Source of the DNA: Solirubrobacteraceae bacterium
Lineage (GTDB): Bacteria; Actinomycetota; Thermoleophilia; Solirubrobacterales; Solirubrobacteraceae
Length of the DNA: 64,000 nt
Reading direction: 5' to 3'
Assembly (NCBI GenBank): GCA_036498265.1
Contig: DASYFT010000005.1
Span: 13,832 to 77,831, forward strand
Shown here: positions 17,779 to 27,171 of the stretch, piece after piece
How positions within the stretch are numbered: the first letter of the stretch is position 1
Layout: each line of letters begins with the position of its first letter
Notes under the pieces: generated by a model
The model's input: only the letters and a program-made list of their open reading frames with translations
Told to the model about the DNA's origin: nothing
Databases searched by the model: none
Position numbers and translations under genes: made by a program

Positions 17779-18648
17779 CCCGAGGGGCCCGAGATCGGGC
17801 TCGAGGCCGTAGGTCTCGAAGGCGAGGAAGCGGGAGAAGAGCCGGTTCTCGGGTCCGTGGAAGTCGGAGGAGCCGGTGCTCAGCAGGCCCAGGGCGCGGC
17901 AGCGCTCGGCAAGCAGCTCGGTCTGCTCGCGCGTGTGGGTGACGTAGAAGGCCTCGACGCCGTCGGCGCCGAGGGCACGGAAGCGGTCGATGCTCGAGAG
18001 CACTTCATCGTCGTCTGAGACGTCCCAGAAGGGGTGCGCCCAGACGGCCACGCCGGCGGCGTCGTGGATCGCCTCGATCGCCTCGGCCACGGTGGGCGTC
18101 TCTCGCAGCCGGAAGGCGGGGCGGCCCTCGACGAGATATGCGCGGATGAACGAGCCGATGTCGTCGATCTGCTCCTGCTCGAGCCGCGCGGCGTTGGCCG
18201 GTGCCCCAAGCACGGCTTCGGCGAGATGGGGGCGGCCGATCGGCTGGCCGTCGGCGACACGCTCGTCGATGACGCTCTCGTCCAGCTCGAAGCCGAGCTC
18301 CTTGAGCGCGGCGGCCATCCGCAGGGTGCGCTGCTCTCGGTCGGCGAGGAACTCGCCCAGCCGGGCGGTGAAGTGGGGATCGGTGTGGTCGATGCCGTAG
18401 CCGAGGATGTGAAGTTCGCGCGCCACGGGGCCGTCGCGGTCCACCGCGGAGATCTCGACGGCGGGGACGATCTGCACCCCGTGCTGCTCCCCCGCGGCGA
18501 TCGCCTCGGAGACGCCGCCGACGGTGTCGTGGTCGGAGAGCGCGAGCAGCTCGACGCCCGCATCGCCCGCGCGGGCGACGACGTCCGCCGCCGGAAGCGC
18601 TCCGTCGGAATGGATCGAATGGGACTGCAGGTCGAAGCGGGGCGGCAC
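17767..18648 (-). CDS. PHP-domain phosphoesterase (TrpH/YciV family)
   Basis: FDLQSHSIHSDGALPAADVV and LALSDHDTVGG. The GTG at 18648 is 20 nt after the upstream gene stop. ORF-track start 18720 overlaps that gene. Confidence 0.85.
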   Translation of the reverse strand: MPPRFDLQSHSIHSDGALPAADVVARAGDAGVELLALSDHDTVGGVSEAIAAGEQHGVQIVPAVEISAVDRDGPVARELHILGYGIDHTDPHFTARLGEFLADREQRTLRMAAALKELGFELDESVIDERVADGQPIGRPHLAEAVLGAPANAARLEQEQIDDIGSFIRAYLVEGRPAFRLRETPTVAEAIEAIHDAAGVAVWAHPFWDVSDDDEVLSSIDRFRALGADGVEAFYVTHTREQTELLAERCRALGLLSTGSSDFHGPENRLFSRFLAFETYGLEPDLGPLGSAR

Positions 18649-18670
18649 GCGCGCCAGCGTATTGATCGCC

Positions 18671-19075
18671 TCAGGAGCTTGCGTAGCGATCTGCAAACGG
18701 CGCCCCGGCCGCGATCTCACTGGTGCAGGCGAGCAGGGCGTCGACCCGCCGCTCGAGGGCGTCGCGCAGTCGCCGGACCGCCGCGTGGTAGCGGCGCGCC
18801 TTCTGGTGCACGGAGATGTCGGCGACGATCCCCGGGGGCTCGAGCTGCTCGTAGGCGGCCTCGGTCTCGGCGGCGCGGCGGCGCGCCTCCATCCACAGCG
18901 CCTCGAGGTAGGCGAGGGCCGCGCCCAGCTGCTCTTCGGGCAGCTCCTCCTGCTCGATCTCGCGCACCACGGGCACGAGCTGGTAGATCAGCCAGCGCTG
19001 CTCGCCGTGGCAGCGCAGCAGAAGACAGATGTCAGAGGTTTCGGGGGATGGGGACCGGTCGGTCATGGCAGGCAT
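18671..19075 (-). CDS. hypothetical protein (helical, acidic)
   Basis: 134-aa ORF on the same strand as, and immediately upstream of, the PHP gene. No recognisable domain. Confidence 0.5.
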   Translation of the reverse strand: MPAMTDRSPSPETSDICLLLRCHGEQRWLIYQLVPVVREIEQEELPEEQLGAALAYLEALWMEARRRAAETEAAYEQLEPPGIVADISVHQKARRYHAAVRRLRDALERRVDALLACTSEIAAGAPFADRYASS

Positions 19076-19224
19076 CCGTGCTTGCGCGGGGGGAGCGGGG
19101 GAGCGGCGGTGTGCTTTTGGCTTCGGCGGCGCCTGCTCGCTGCTTTAGGAACCGCGGGCCAGTTCCACGCTTCTCCGGCGTGGTGGCAGCCCTCCGGGGC
19201 TAAAGGGATCGACCCCGGCGGACG

Positions 19225-19238
19225 ATGCATATATGCAT
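19225..19238. promoter_or_regulatory. perfect 14-bp AT-rich palindrome ATGCATATATGCAT (candidate operator)
   Basis: Read directly from the sequence. It lies 25 nt upstream of the NERD gene ATG (19263), before the GAAGGAG RBS, in the divergent intergenic region 19076..19262. Confidence 0.5.
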
Positions 19239-19262
19239 AGGGACGGCGACGAAGAAGGAGAG

Positions 19263-19976
19263 ATGTACACCGTCAACAGCGATCCGGCGGGCCACACGGC
19301 GGGACAGTACGCGCGCGCGACGGTCAGGCGCCTGCGCCTTCGCACGCTGCTCGCGCTTGGGATCCTGGCGGTCGCGACGGCGCTCCTGGGCCGCAGCTTC
19401 GGTCTCCAGGACACACGCTTCCTCGGCTCCGAGGTCGCCCTGCTGGTGAGCATGTTCGTGATCTCGAGATACGTCCTGCCGCTGGTCGAGCGCCACGATC
19501 GCGGCGCGGCCGGCGAGGAGCACGTGGGCGCCCTGCTGGAGGAGCTCGCCGGCACCGGGTGGCAGGTGATCCACGACGCGACCCTCGGCCGGGGCAACGT
19601 GGACCACATCCTGATCGGCCCCGCCGGCGTGTTCACGGTCGAGACCAAGAGCCATCCGGGGCCCGTACGCGTGGGTCGCGTGCACGGCGCGACGCTGAGC
19701 CAGGCGCAGGCGCAGCGCAGGTCGATGGAACGGGTGACGGGCGTGCCGGTGGAACCGCTGATCGTCTACAGCCGCGCCTGGGTCGACCGGCCGCTGGCGC
19801 GCCGCAAGGGAGTGCGGGTCGTGCCCGCCCGGATGCTGCTCGGCTACCTGGCGAAGCTCCCGCGGCGACTCGAGGCGCAGGACATCGAACAGGCGCGTGC
19901 GCGGGTGTCGCAGGCGCTGAGGGACTGGACCGCGCGCGAGCGCGGCGCCGAGGAGCTCTGGCGGCGCATCCTCTAG
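19263..19976 (+). CDS. membrane-anchored NERD domain protein
   Basis: GEEHVGALLEELAGTGWQVIHDATLGRGNVDHILIGPAGVFTVETKSH is NERD-like. Two N-terminal hydrophobic helices are present. The ATG at 19263 follows the GAAGGAG RBS. Confidence 0.75.
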   Translation: MYTVNSDPAGHTAGQYARATVRRLRLRTLLALGILAVATALLGRSFGLQDTRFLGSEVALLVSMFVISRYVLPLVERHDRGAAGEEHVGALLEELAGTGWQVIHDATLGRGNVDHILIGPAGVFTVETKSHPGPVRVGRVHGATLSQAQAQRRSMERVTGVPVEPLIVYSRAWVDRPLARRKGVRVVPARMLLGYLAKLPRRLEAQDIEQARARVSQALRDWTARERGAEELWRRIL

Positions 19977-20037
19977 CGCCGGGCGCCACGCCGGTGCCGC
20001 CGTTGGCTGCCCGGAGGCGCTGTAACGTAGGCGGGGT

Positions 20038-20319
20038 ATGAGCAGCTCTCCATTCAGCGCGGCGCCCGTTCCCGAGGATGTCGAGCGGCGGCGCTCGCGG
20101 ATCGTGGTCCTGATCGCCACGCTGGGCATCGCCGCGACGCTGCTGGCCTACGCCGCTGCGCCGGGCGTGAGGCACGCCGTGGGTCATGCCGCCCACAGCG
20201 TCAGGCACGCGGTGGGCAACGTGGTGGACCACGACTCCACGCGCAGAGCCAAGCCTTTGGCGAATCAGGCGCCGGCGACACAGCCGAGCCCCACGCCGTC
20301 GGGCGCCACGACACCCTGA
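20038..20319 (+). CDS. small single-TM hypothetical protein
   Basis: RIVVLIATLGIAATLLAYAAA TM segment followed by the repeated GVRHAVGHAAHSVRHAVGNVV. Weak support. Confidence 0.4.
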   Translation: MSSSPFSAAPVPEDVERRRSRIVVLIATLGIAATLLAYAAAPGVRHAVGHAAHSVRHAVGNVVDHDSTRRAKPLANQAPATQPSPTPSGATTP

Positions 20320-20383
20320 GCCGCAGCCGCGTCGGCTCCTCCGGCGGACGACCCGCCGGGCGCCCAGCGGCTACGGTACGTGT

Positions 20384-21793
20384 ATGGCGACCACGGCGCC
20401 GCGGAGCACGCAGAGCACGCTTGAGAGCGCTGCTGCGCGACCTTCCTCGGCCCGCCCGTCGCTGCCGCCGGGCCCGCGGATGCACCCGCTCCTCCAGACC
20501 CTGGCGTGGGCGATTGCGCCGACGTGGGTGATGGATCGGTGCGCGCGGGTGCTGGGGGACTCGTTCACGCTGACGTTCTTCCCGAGCGGCATGAAACTGA
20601 CGCTGGTCAGCGACCCGGAGGCGGTGAAGACGGTGTTCACGGCGCCGCCGGAGGTGGCCCCGTCGGGCACGGCCAGCTCGCCGATCGCGGGCATCGTGGG
20701 GCCGAGCTCGGTGCTGACGCTGACGGGCCCGGAGCACATGCGCCAGCGCAAGCTGCTGCTGCCGCCGTTCCACGGCGAGCGCATGCGCGAGTACGAGGAC
20801 GTGATCGTCGAGGCCACGCGGAGGGACATGGCGGGCTGGCCGCGGGGAAGGCCGATGCGCGTGCAGGCGCGCTCGCGGGCGATCACGCTCGAGGTCATCC
20901 TGCGGGCGGTGTTCGGCGTGGAGGCCGAGCGCATGGGACGCCTTCGCGAGGCGATCACGGGCCTGATGCAACCATCGAACACCCTGGCGATCCTGCTGTT
21001 CGCCCTTCGCCGGCCGCGGCCGGGCCCGCCGACGGGGTCGATCGGACGCTCGCTGGCGCGTCTGGACGAGGTGATCTACGAGGAGCTCGCGCGACGCCGC
21101 GAACAGGCGGACCTGGCGGAGCGCAGCGACATCCTGTCGCTGCTCATGCAGGCGCGCGACGAGGACGGCAGCCCGATGACCGACGCCGAGCTGCGCGACG
21201 AGCTGGTCACGCTGCTGCTGGCCGGGCACGAGACGACGGCGACGTCGGTGGCGTGGGCGATCGAGCGCCTGGTTCGCCATCCTGACAAGCTCGCGCGGCT
21301 GGTCGAGGAGCTCGACTCGGGTGGGGACGGCGGCTCGGACGACTACCTGACCGCGGTCGTCAATGAGACGCTGCGCGTGAGGCCGGTGGTTCCGATCGTG
21401 GTGAGGGTTCTTCAGCAGGAGCTGCGAGTCGGCGAGCACACTCTGCCGGTCGGCACGAGGGTGACGCCGTCGATCTACCTGACGAACCGCAACCCGGAGG
21501 TCTACGACGGTCCCGAGGAGTTCCGGCCGGAGCGGTTCCTGGAGGACGGCCCGGAGACGTTCTCGTGGATTCCCTTCGGCGGCGGGATCCGCCGGTGCAT
21601 CGGCGCGTCGTTCGCGCAGCTGGAGATGAAGGTGATCCTTCGCACGATCCTGGGCGAGCTGGAGCCGGAGCTGCCCGGCGGCGCCGGCCGCGGGCGCCGG
21701 GGAGAGGGGACCCGCCGTCGCGCCGTGACGCTGGTGCCCTCCGCGGGCGCGCGGGTGGTGTGGCGCGACAGGACGGCTGCTCGGACGTCTTGA
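20384..21793 (+). CDS. cytochrome P450
   Basis: Heme-binding loop FGGGIRRCIGASFA, the AGHETT I-helix motif and ETLR. The ATG at 20384 is preferred over ORF-track start 20186. Confidence 0.9.
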   Translation: MATTAPRSTQSTLESAAARPSSARPSLPPGPRMHPLLQTLAWAIAPTWVMDRCARVLGDSFTLTFFPSGMKLTLVSDPEAVKTVFTAPPEVAPSGTASSPIAGIVGPSSVLTLTGPEHMRQRKLLLPPFHGERMREYEDVIVEATRRDMAGWPRGRPMRVQARSRAITLEVILRAVFGVEAERMGRLREAITGLMQPSNTLAILLFALRRPRPGPPTGSIGRSLARLDEVIYEELARRREQADLAERSDILSLLMQARDEDGSPMTDAELRDELVTLLLAGHETTATSVAWAIERLVRHPDKLARLVEELDSGGDGGSDDYLTAVVNETLRVRPVVPIVVRVLQQELRVGEHTLPVGTRVTPSIYLTNRNPEVYDGPEEFRPERFLEDGPETFSWIPFGGGIRRCIGASFAQLEMKVILRTILGELEPELPGGAGRGRRGEGTRRRAVTLVPSAGARVVWRDRTAARTS

Positions 21794-21900
21794 TGACGGC
21801 CGCCCGGGGGCGGCCGGCGTGCGTGCGTGGTGGCCCCGCCCCGGGCGCTCCGCACCCGGGTTGTCCTGGCCGCGACGGCGAATAGGTTGTGGGGGTGGAG

Positions 21901-23730
21901 ATGACGAGCACAGCCGCGCCGGCGTGGCGCGATGAGGTGGTGAGCCCGGATGCGCTGCTCGAGCGCTTCGGCCTGCGGTCGTTCCGGCCGGGGCAGCGCG
22001 AGGCGGTGCAGGCGGCGCTCGACGGCCGTGACAGCCTGGTCGTTATGCCGACCGGCGGCGGCAAGTCGCTGTGCTACCAGCTGCCGGCGCTGGCCGGCGA
22101 CGGGATGGCGGGCCGGCCCCTCGTGGTGGTGGTGAGCCCGCTGATCGCGTTGATGGCCGACCAGTGGCGCCGGCTCAGCGAGGCGGGTGTCAGGGCGACG
22201 ATGCTCGCGTCGGGCATGCAGGAGGGCCACAACGCGCAGGGCCTCGCCGACATCTCCTCGGGCGAGACGCAGCTCGTGCTGGCTGCGCCCGAGCGCTTCG
22301 CGTCGGCTGCCTTCAGGGATGCGCTGGCCCGCCGCACGGTGTCGCTGTTCGTGGTCGACGAGGCCCACTGCGTCGCCGAGTGGGGCCACGACTTCAGGCC
22401 GGACTACCTGCGCCTGCACGACGCGATCGCGTCCCTGAGCGGGGGCCCCGCGGCGCGCCGGCCGGCGGTGATGGCGGCGACCGCCACGGCGACCCCGCGG
22501 GTGGCGCAGGAGATCGCCACCCGGCTCGGCCTCCGCGAGTGGGTGTCGATCCGCTCGGGGTTCGACCGCCCGAACCTCGCCTTCGACGTGGTGGCGGTCG
22601 AGGGCAAGGGCGCGGTCGCGCGTAAGCGCGCGGCGCTGATGCACGTCCTGGCGCAGGCGCAGGCCCGTCCGGCGATCGTCTACTGCGGCACCAGGAGGGA
22701 CACCGAGGAGGTTGCGGCGACGATCGCGCAGGAGGGCATCACGAGCGTCGTCTACCACGCGGGCATGAGCCCGGAGGCGCGCCGCGAGAGCCAGGCGGCG
22801 TTCATGGAGGGACGGGCGGAGGTGGTGGTGGCGACCAACGCCTTCGGGATGGGTGTGGACAAGGCGGACGTCCGGACGGTGGCCCACTGGGCGCTGCCGA
22901 CGAGCCTCGAGGCCTACTACCAGGAGGCGGGCAGGGGCGGCCGCGACGGCCTGGCGGCGCGGGCGCTGCTGCTTTCCTCCCGGTCGGACCTGGGGAGGCT
23001 GATCAGGTTCATCAAGGAGCGGGAGACGAGCGTGCAGGACGTGCGCGGCTTCGTGGCGCGACTGCGGCGTGGCGCCGAGCACGGCGTGGCGGCCATCGGC
23101 CACGGCCAGCTCGGCGACCGCGACCGGGTGCTGCTGTCGATTGCGGAGCGCGCCGGCGCCGTCGAGCTCGAGCCGGGGGGAGCGGACGGCCTGCTCGTGA
23201 AGTTGACGGGGAGGGGCAGTCCCCGCCTCGCGCAGGCGGCGATCCGCGCGGCCCGGGAGCGCGCTTGGGGTTCGTACGGCTCGATCGAGCGCTACAGCGC
23301 CGCCTCGGGAGTCTGCCGGCGCAGGCAGATCCTGGACCACTTCGGAGACGATGAGGACTGCCGGCCCACCGGCAGATGCTGCGACGTGTGTGACCCCGAT
23401 GCCGCGCTGGAGCTGGCGGCCACCACCCCTGTCGCGCGCCCCTCCCGCCGTCGCTCCGGCGCCCGCGCCGGCTCGGGCACGAACGGCGGACCGCCGGCCG
23501 ATCCGGTCGACGAGGATGCGTTCGAGACGCTGCGTGCGTGGAGGTTCGAGCGCGCGGAGGGCAAGCCCGCCTACACGGTGGCCTCCAACGCCGTCTTGGA
23601 GGAGGTCCTGCGCCGGCGCCCCGAGAGCGTCCGCTCGATGATCGAGATCCCGGGCGTCGGTCCCGCCTTCTGCGAGAAGCACGGCGAGTCGCTGCTGGCG
23701 ACGCTGCGAGAGCTCAGCCGGCGCCGCTAG
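21901..23730 (+). CDS. recQ: ATP-dependent DNA helicase RecQ
   Basis: [53 protein letters not shown], a Zn-binding Cys cluster ([11 protein letters not shown]...CCDVC) and a C-terminal HRDC-like region. Confidence 0.9.
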   Translation: MTSTAAPAWRDEVVSPDALLERFGLRSFRPGQREAVQAALDGRDSLVVMPTGGGKSLCYQLPALAGDGMAGRPLVVVVSPLIALMADQWRRLSEAGVRATMLASGMQEGHNAQGLADISSGETQLVLAAPERFASAAFRDALARRTVSLFVVDEAHCVAEWGHDFRPDYLRLHDAIASLSGGPAARRPAVMAATATATPRVAQEIATRLGLREWVSIRSGFDRPNLAFDVVAVEGKGAVARKRAALMHVLAQAQARPAIVYCGTRRDTEEVAATIAQEGITSVVYHAGMSPEARRESQAAFMEGRAEVVVATNAFGMGVDKADVRTVAHWALPTSLEAYYQEAGRGGRDGLAARALLLSSRSDLGRLIRFIKERETSVQDVRGFVARLRRGAEHGVAAIGHGQLGDRDRVLLSIAERAGAVELEPGGADGLLVKLTGRGSPRLAQAAIRAARERAWGSYGSIERYSAASGVCRRRQILDHFGDDEDCRPTGRCCDVCDPDAALELAATTPVARPSRRRSGARAGSGTNGGPPADPVDEDAFETLRAWRFERAEGKPAYTVASNAVLEEVLRRRPESVRSMIEIPGVGPAFCEKHGESLLATLRELSRRR

Positions 23731-23743
23731 CATCAGGGGCCGC

Positions 23744-23816
23744 GCCGACGTAGCTCAGCTGGTAGAGCACTTCACTCGTAATGAAGGGGTCCGGGGTTCG
23801 AGTCCCCGCGTCGGCT
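23744..23816 (+). tRNA. tRNA-Thr (anticodon CGT)
   Basis: Acceptor GCCGACG/CGTCGGC, D-arm TAGCTCAGCTGGTAGAGCA, anticodon stem-loop CTTCA-CTCGTAA-TGAAG, T-arm GGGGTTCGAGTCCCC and discriminator T. Confidence 0.9.
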
Positions 23817-23858
23817 TCGATGGTTCGCCCTCGGGGAGGACCCTGGTCGTGATCTCAG

Positions 23859-23888
23859 GCGAGATCGCCTATCGCGAGATCGCCTATC
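23859..23888. repeat. perfect 2 x 15-bp tandem repeat GCGAGATCGCCTATC
   Basis: Read directly from the sequence, 43 nt after the tRNA. The second unit holds the TAG stop of CDS 23884..24306. The unit is 13/15 identical to the inter-module junction at 24299..24313. Confidence 0.85.
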
Positions 23889-24306
23889 CGCGCAGTTCTT
23901 CAGCCTCGCCGGCTTCATCTGGGCCAATTGAGCAGAAGTGAATGACCTTGCCCTCTTGAAAGGTCCACCTGTAGATGAGCCGTTCGTTGATCTCGATCCC
24001 CGTGTGTCGTGCCTTGGCTCGCCACCGATGGAAAGAAAGGAGCCGATTGCCAGCGTCAATGATCTCCTCCAACTCGACCGCTAGCCACTCGAACGGCTCG
24101 GTCCAACGCTCCGCCGCCCTCACCACTCCCTGATGGCCGTAATAGCTCTCGCCAACGTGGTCGGGCAGGTTCATGTCCTCATAGGCGACATCGGGAGCGA
24201 ACAGAGACATGTCCACTTCGCCTCGCTGCCATGTCCCAGCGGTCCATCCCTCCGAGGGCCATTGGTCCCAGAATGCTCGAAGCGTCTCGACGTCTTTCTG
24301 CGACAT
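23884..24306 (-). CDS. SnoaL/NTF2-like small protein (module-2 type)
   Basis: 140 aa, MSQKDVETLRAFWDQW...LIYRWTFQEGKVIHF, a cone-like alpha+beta pattern typical of the SnoaL_2/NTF2 superfamily. G+C is lower (about 56% hand count over 23881-24000). Confidence 0.75.
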   Translation of the reverse strand: MSQKDVETLRAFWDQWPSEGWTAGTWQRGEVDMSLFAPDVAYEDMNLPDHVGESYYGHQGVVRAAERWTEPFEWLAVELEEIIDAGNRLLSFHRWRAKARHTGIEINERLIYRWTFQEGKVIHFCSIGPDEAGEAEELRG

Positions 24307-24309
24307 CGC

Positions 24310-24729
24310 CTACCCCCTCGACTCCGCGAGGCGTTCGGCGGCAGCCTGAGCTTCATTGATGTCTGAGTAAAGCCGGAGGCCGACGATCAAGCCGTCCCTC
24401 CACTCACAGACCTGTACGCCCCGATCCTCCACCGCGAACGCGCTCCCCGGAGCTCGACCACTCTGGCGGTAGACAACCAGGATCATCTCATTGCCGAGGT
24501 CCGTGACATCTTCGACCTTGAAGCTCCAGTCCTCGAACTGACCGCGCCATTTCTCTAGGAACTCACGAATCGCCGTCGCTCCAGCGACATGGAGCGAGTG
24601 CTCGGCCACCTCCCACACGGCATCGGGAGCAAGATCGCTGAGGATCGAGCCGAGGTCGCCACTCGCCGCCCCCCTCAGGTTCAGGCGTGTCCGCTCGGTC
24701 AGGTCGCCGGTCGTGGGCTTCTGGGGCAT
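24310..24729 (-). CDS. SnoaL/NTF2-like small protein (module-1 type)
   Basis: ATG at 24729. MPQKPTTGDLTERTR...EFLEKWRGQFEDWSFKVEDVTDLGNEMILVVYRQSGR...QVCEWRDGLIVGLRLYSD. Its N-terminus is homologous to that of CDS 28055..28909. Confidence 0.75.
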   Translation of the reverse strand: MPQKPTTGDLTERTRLNLRGAASGDLGSILSDLAPDAVWEVAEHSLHVAGATAIREFLEKWRGQFEDWSFKVEDVTDLGNEMILVVYRQSGRAPGSAFAVEDRGVQVCEWRDGLIVGLRLYSDINEAQAAAERLAESRG

Positions 24730-24921
24730 TCCTCCGAGTATCGCGCGACGGGCGTCGGTCGTCGATCGCGTCGCGATCCTGAGCCCCGTGGCTTCGCGGC
24801 TCGGATCGAAAGTGCTTTCGTCCTTCCGAACCTGAGGCGCCTCCCGTGTTCGGCTTGGTTCTCTGGACCCGAGCTGCGGCGAGCGGCGTTGGATGGGGCG
24901 CACACGGGTAACGCCGGAGCG

Positions 24922-26532
24922 ATGTCGCACCGCGCGGATCTATCGCGCCGAAGGACGTGGATCGTGGGCCTGGCACTCAGTCTCGCCCTGATGCTCGGCC
25001 TGGGGGCGATCTTGTTGACGACGGCGGCCGGTGCCGAAACCACGGCGAGCTGGAAACTCGCCGGCCACGACCCGGCGAACAGCCGCACGCAGCCGCTCGA
25101 GAAACAGATCACAGCGACCAACGTCGCGACGCTCGCGCCGAAGTGGACCTTGACGACCCACGGCGACGTGTCGGCGACGCCAACCGTGTACGCCGGAACG
25201 GTCTTCTTCCCGGACAACGGCGGATACCTCAATGCGGTCAACGCGTCCACAGGAGCTGTCTTGTGGCAGGACACGATGGCGAGCCTCGATGGAGGAACGC
25301 ACTCGCGGGTCAGCCCCGCCGTGTACGGCGGAGAGGTGGTCGTGGGGAACAACGTCCAAGGCGCCGGCGCACACATCCTTGCCGTCAACCGCCACACCGG
25401 AGCGCTCCTGTGGAACACGCTTGTCGAGAGCCATCCGGCGGCGATCATCACCGGCAACCCTGTCGTCTCCGGCGAACGCGTGATCGTCGGTGTGTCATCC
25501 AGCGAGGAGGGCCAGGCCGAGCAGGCCGGCTATGCGTGCTGCACCTTCCGGGGAAGCGTGGTCGCCCTGAACGCAAAGACCGGGGCGCTTCTCTGGAAGG
25601 CCTACACCGTGCCCCCCAACAACGGCCCGTGCACCGCCAGCAACCCTCCGTCCGGGTGTGGCTACAGCGGCGGAGCGGTGTGGGACACGCCGGCGATCGG
25701 CGGCGGGAGCGTCTATGTGGGCAGCGGGAACGACTACACGGTTCCCGATGAAGCCGCATCGTGCGAGCGCGAAGCGATGGAACACCGAACCTCCGACGCC
25801 GGCTGCACTGCCCCGAACGATTACTTCGACAGCGTCATCGCGCTGAGCCTGAAAACTGGTGCGATCAGGTGGGGACGCAAGATGGAGGGCTGGGATGCGT
25901 ACAACCTCGCCTGTACGACCAAGCCGCCGGGGGCCTGGTGTCCCTCGGGGGAAAGCCCGGACTTCGACTTCGGAGGCGCCGGACCGAACCTTCTGAAACT
26001 CGGTACCAGAACCGTCGTTGGCATCGGCCAGAAGAGCGGCGTCTACTGGGCCTTGGGCGCTCCTCACGGCGAACTCGTTTGGAGCAAGCTGGTCGGTCCG
26101 GGGACGGCCGAAGGCGGCATCCAGTGGGGCACGGCCTACGACGGCACCCGCATCTACGTCCCGATCGCCGACCCCAGCCGGTTCAGCGTGCCCTACACCC
26201 TCGCCAATGGCGAAAGTGACACCGGAGGGTCTTGGGCCGCACTCGACCCCGGCACCGGCGGGTTCGACTGGCAGGTCGCCACGCCCGGCGACGCAGCCGC
26301 GCTCGGTCCCGCCAGCGAGGCCGATGGAGTCGTCTACGTCGGCGACATGGCATCCGCCGGGCCGAACATGTTCGCCCTCAGCGCGGCCACGGGCACCCGG
26401 CTATGGAGCTTCGCCGCCGAAGGCTCTGTCAATTCGGCACCAGCGATCGTCGACGGAGTCCTCTACTGGGGCTCGGGCTACCACACGGCGGGCAGTCACA
26501 CGTTCTACGCGTTCTCGCTCGGTGGCCGATGA
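24922..26532 (+). CDS. secreted PQQ-like (BamB-type) beta-propeller repeat protein
   Basis: ATG at 24922, signal/TM segment WIVGLALSLALMLGLGAILLTTAAGAE, and repeated motifs of the form YAGTVFFPDNGGYLNAVNASTGAVLWQ. Confidence 0.8.
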   Translation: MSHRADLSRRRTWIVGLALSLALMLGLGAILLTTAAGAETTASWKLAGHDPANSRTQPLEKQITATNVATLAPKWTLTTHGDVSATPTVYAGTVFFPDNGGYLNAVNASTGAVLWQDTMASLDGGTHSRVSPAVYGGEVVVGNNVQGAGAHILAVNRHTGALLWNTLVESHPAAIITGNPVVSGERVIVGVSSSEEGQAEQAGYACCTFRGSVVALNAKTGALLWKAYTVPPNNGPCTASNPPSGCGYSGGAVWDTPAIGGGSVYVGSGNDYTVPDEAASCEREAMEHRTSDAGCTAPNDYFDSVIALSLKTGAIRWGRKMEGWDAYNLACTTKPPGAWCPSGESPDFDFGGAGPNLLKLGTRTVVGIGQKSGVYWALGAPHGELVWSKLVGPGTAEGGIQWGTAYDGTRIYVPIADPSRFSVPYTLANGESDTGGSWAALDPGTGGFDWQVATPGDAAALGPASEADGVVYVGDMASAGPNMFALSAATGTRLWSFAAEGSVNSAPAIVDGVLYWGSGYHTAGSHTFYAFSLGGR

Positions 26533-26535
26533 CGC

Positions 26536-26931
26536 CTACCCTCCCAACCCCACGGCTTGGAGCGCTTCGGCCGTCGTCAGATACGCGCGCACCTCGATCC
26601 CCTTGCCATCACGCAGCTTCCAGACCTGCACCTCGGGCAACTCGACCTTCTGAGCGGTTCCCCTGATCTGGCCGCAGATCCGCGCGCGGACGACCACGTG
26701 GTCTCCGGCGTCGATCAGCTCGTCGGCCTCCACGCGGAGATCGTCAAACGAGGCATTCCATTTGGCTATCAACCCTTCGAGGCCGGCGTGACCAACGTGC
26801 GTGCTGGCGTCAGGGTAATCCTCCCGGGCGTGCCACTGGAAGTCAGCGGCAAGCATGTCCAGCTTCGGAGCATGAGTTCTGTTGAAGTGCGCGTATGCCG
26901 CCCGCACGAGCTCCACGTTCGCCCGAGACAT
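26536..26931 (-). CDS. SnoaL/NTF2-like small protein (module-2 type)
   Basis: MSRANVELVRAAYAHFN...DHVVVRARICGQ...VWKLRDGKGIEVRAYLTTAEALQAVGLGG. Confidence 0.8.
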   Translation of the reverse strand: MSRANVELVRAAYAHFNRTHAPKLDMLAADFQWHAREDYPDASTHVGHAGLEGLIAKWNASFDDLRVEADELIDAGDHVVVRARICGQIRGTAQKVELPEVQVWKLRDGKGIEVRAYLTTAEALQAVGLGG

Positions 26932-26934
26932 CGC

Positions 26935-27012
26935 CTATGCCTCCACGTCGACAGCTTTGATCGCCTGCCGCGTAAGCCCGAGAGGATCGGAGGTGGTCGA
27001 CTCTTCGGGCAT
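26935..27012 (-). pseudogene. 25-codon 5' remnant of a module-1 SnoaL domain
   Basis: MPEESTTSDPLGLTRQAIKAVDVEA-stop. The DNA ATGCCCGAAGAGTC...ACGCGGCAGGCGATC aligns with the start of CDS 28055..28909, including about 10 nt upstream. It ends in the same TAG-GCG-ATG junction as 24310/24306. Confidence 0.6.
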
Positions 27013-27084
27013 CGTCCGACGAGTATCCCGCGACTCGCCACGCATCGTCCGGCCTCGCCTGTCGTGCGGCGGGATACCCCGGTC

Positions 27085-27171
27085 ATGTCCTCGACCAAGA
27101 TCGACCTTGTTCGCTCGATCTACGCCTGGGACGGTGTTCACAGGTTCGTCGATGAGCACCGCGAGCGGTGA
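27085..27171 (+). pseudogene. 28-codon 5' remnant of a family-A SnoaL gene
   Basis: MSSTKIDLVRSIYAWDGVHRFVDEHRER-stop. The first 14 codons parallel NVELVRSIYVA / NLELVRAIFAAW / NLDLVRSIYAAW of the full-length paralogs. The stop overlaps the start of the next gene. Confidence 0.5.

Noticed and set aside
20186-20383. An N-terminal extension of the P450 ORF (ORF-track start 20186).
   Set aside because: The extension is Arg/Pro/Thr-rich and overlaps the small upstream gene. The ATG at 20384 gives a normal 469-aa P450.
24764-24778. A 15-bp palindrome, GATCGCGTCGCGATC, in the SnoaL/PQQ divergent intergenic region.
   Set aside because: GC-rich palindromes built on CGATCG/GCGC are frequent in this composition. 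I saw no second copy and no obvious regulator, so it is not called as a feature.
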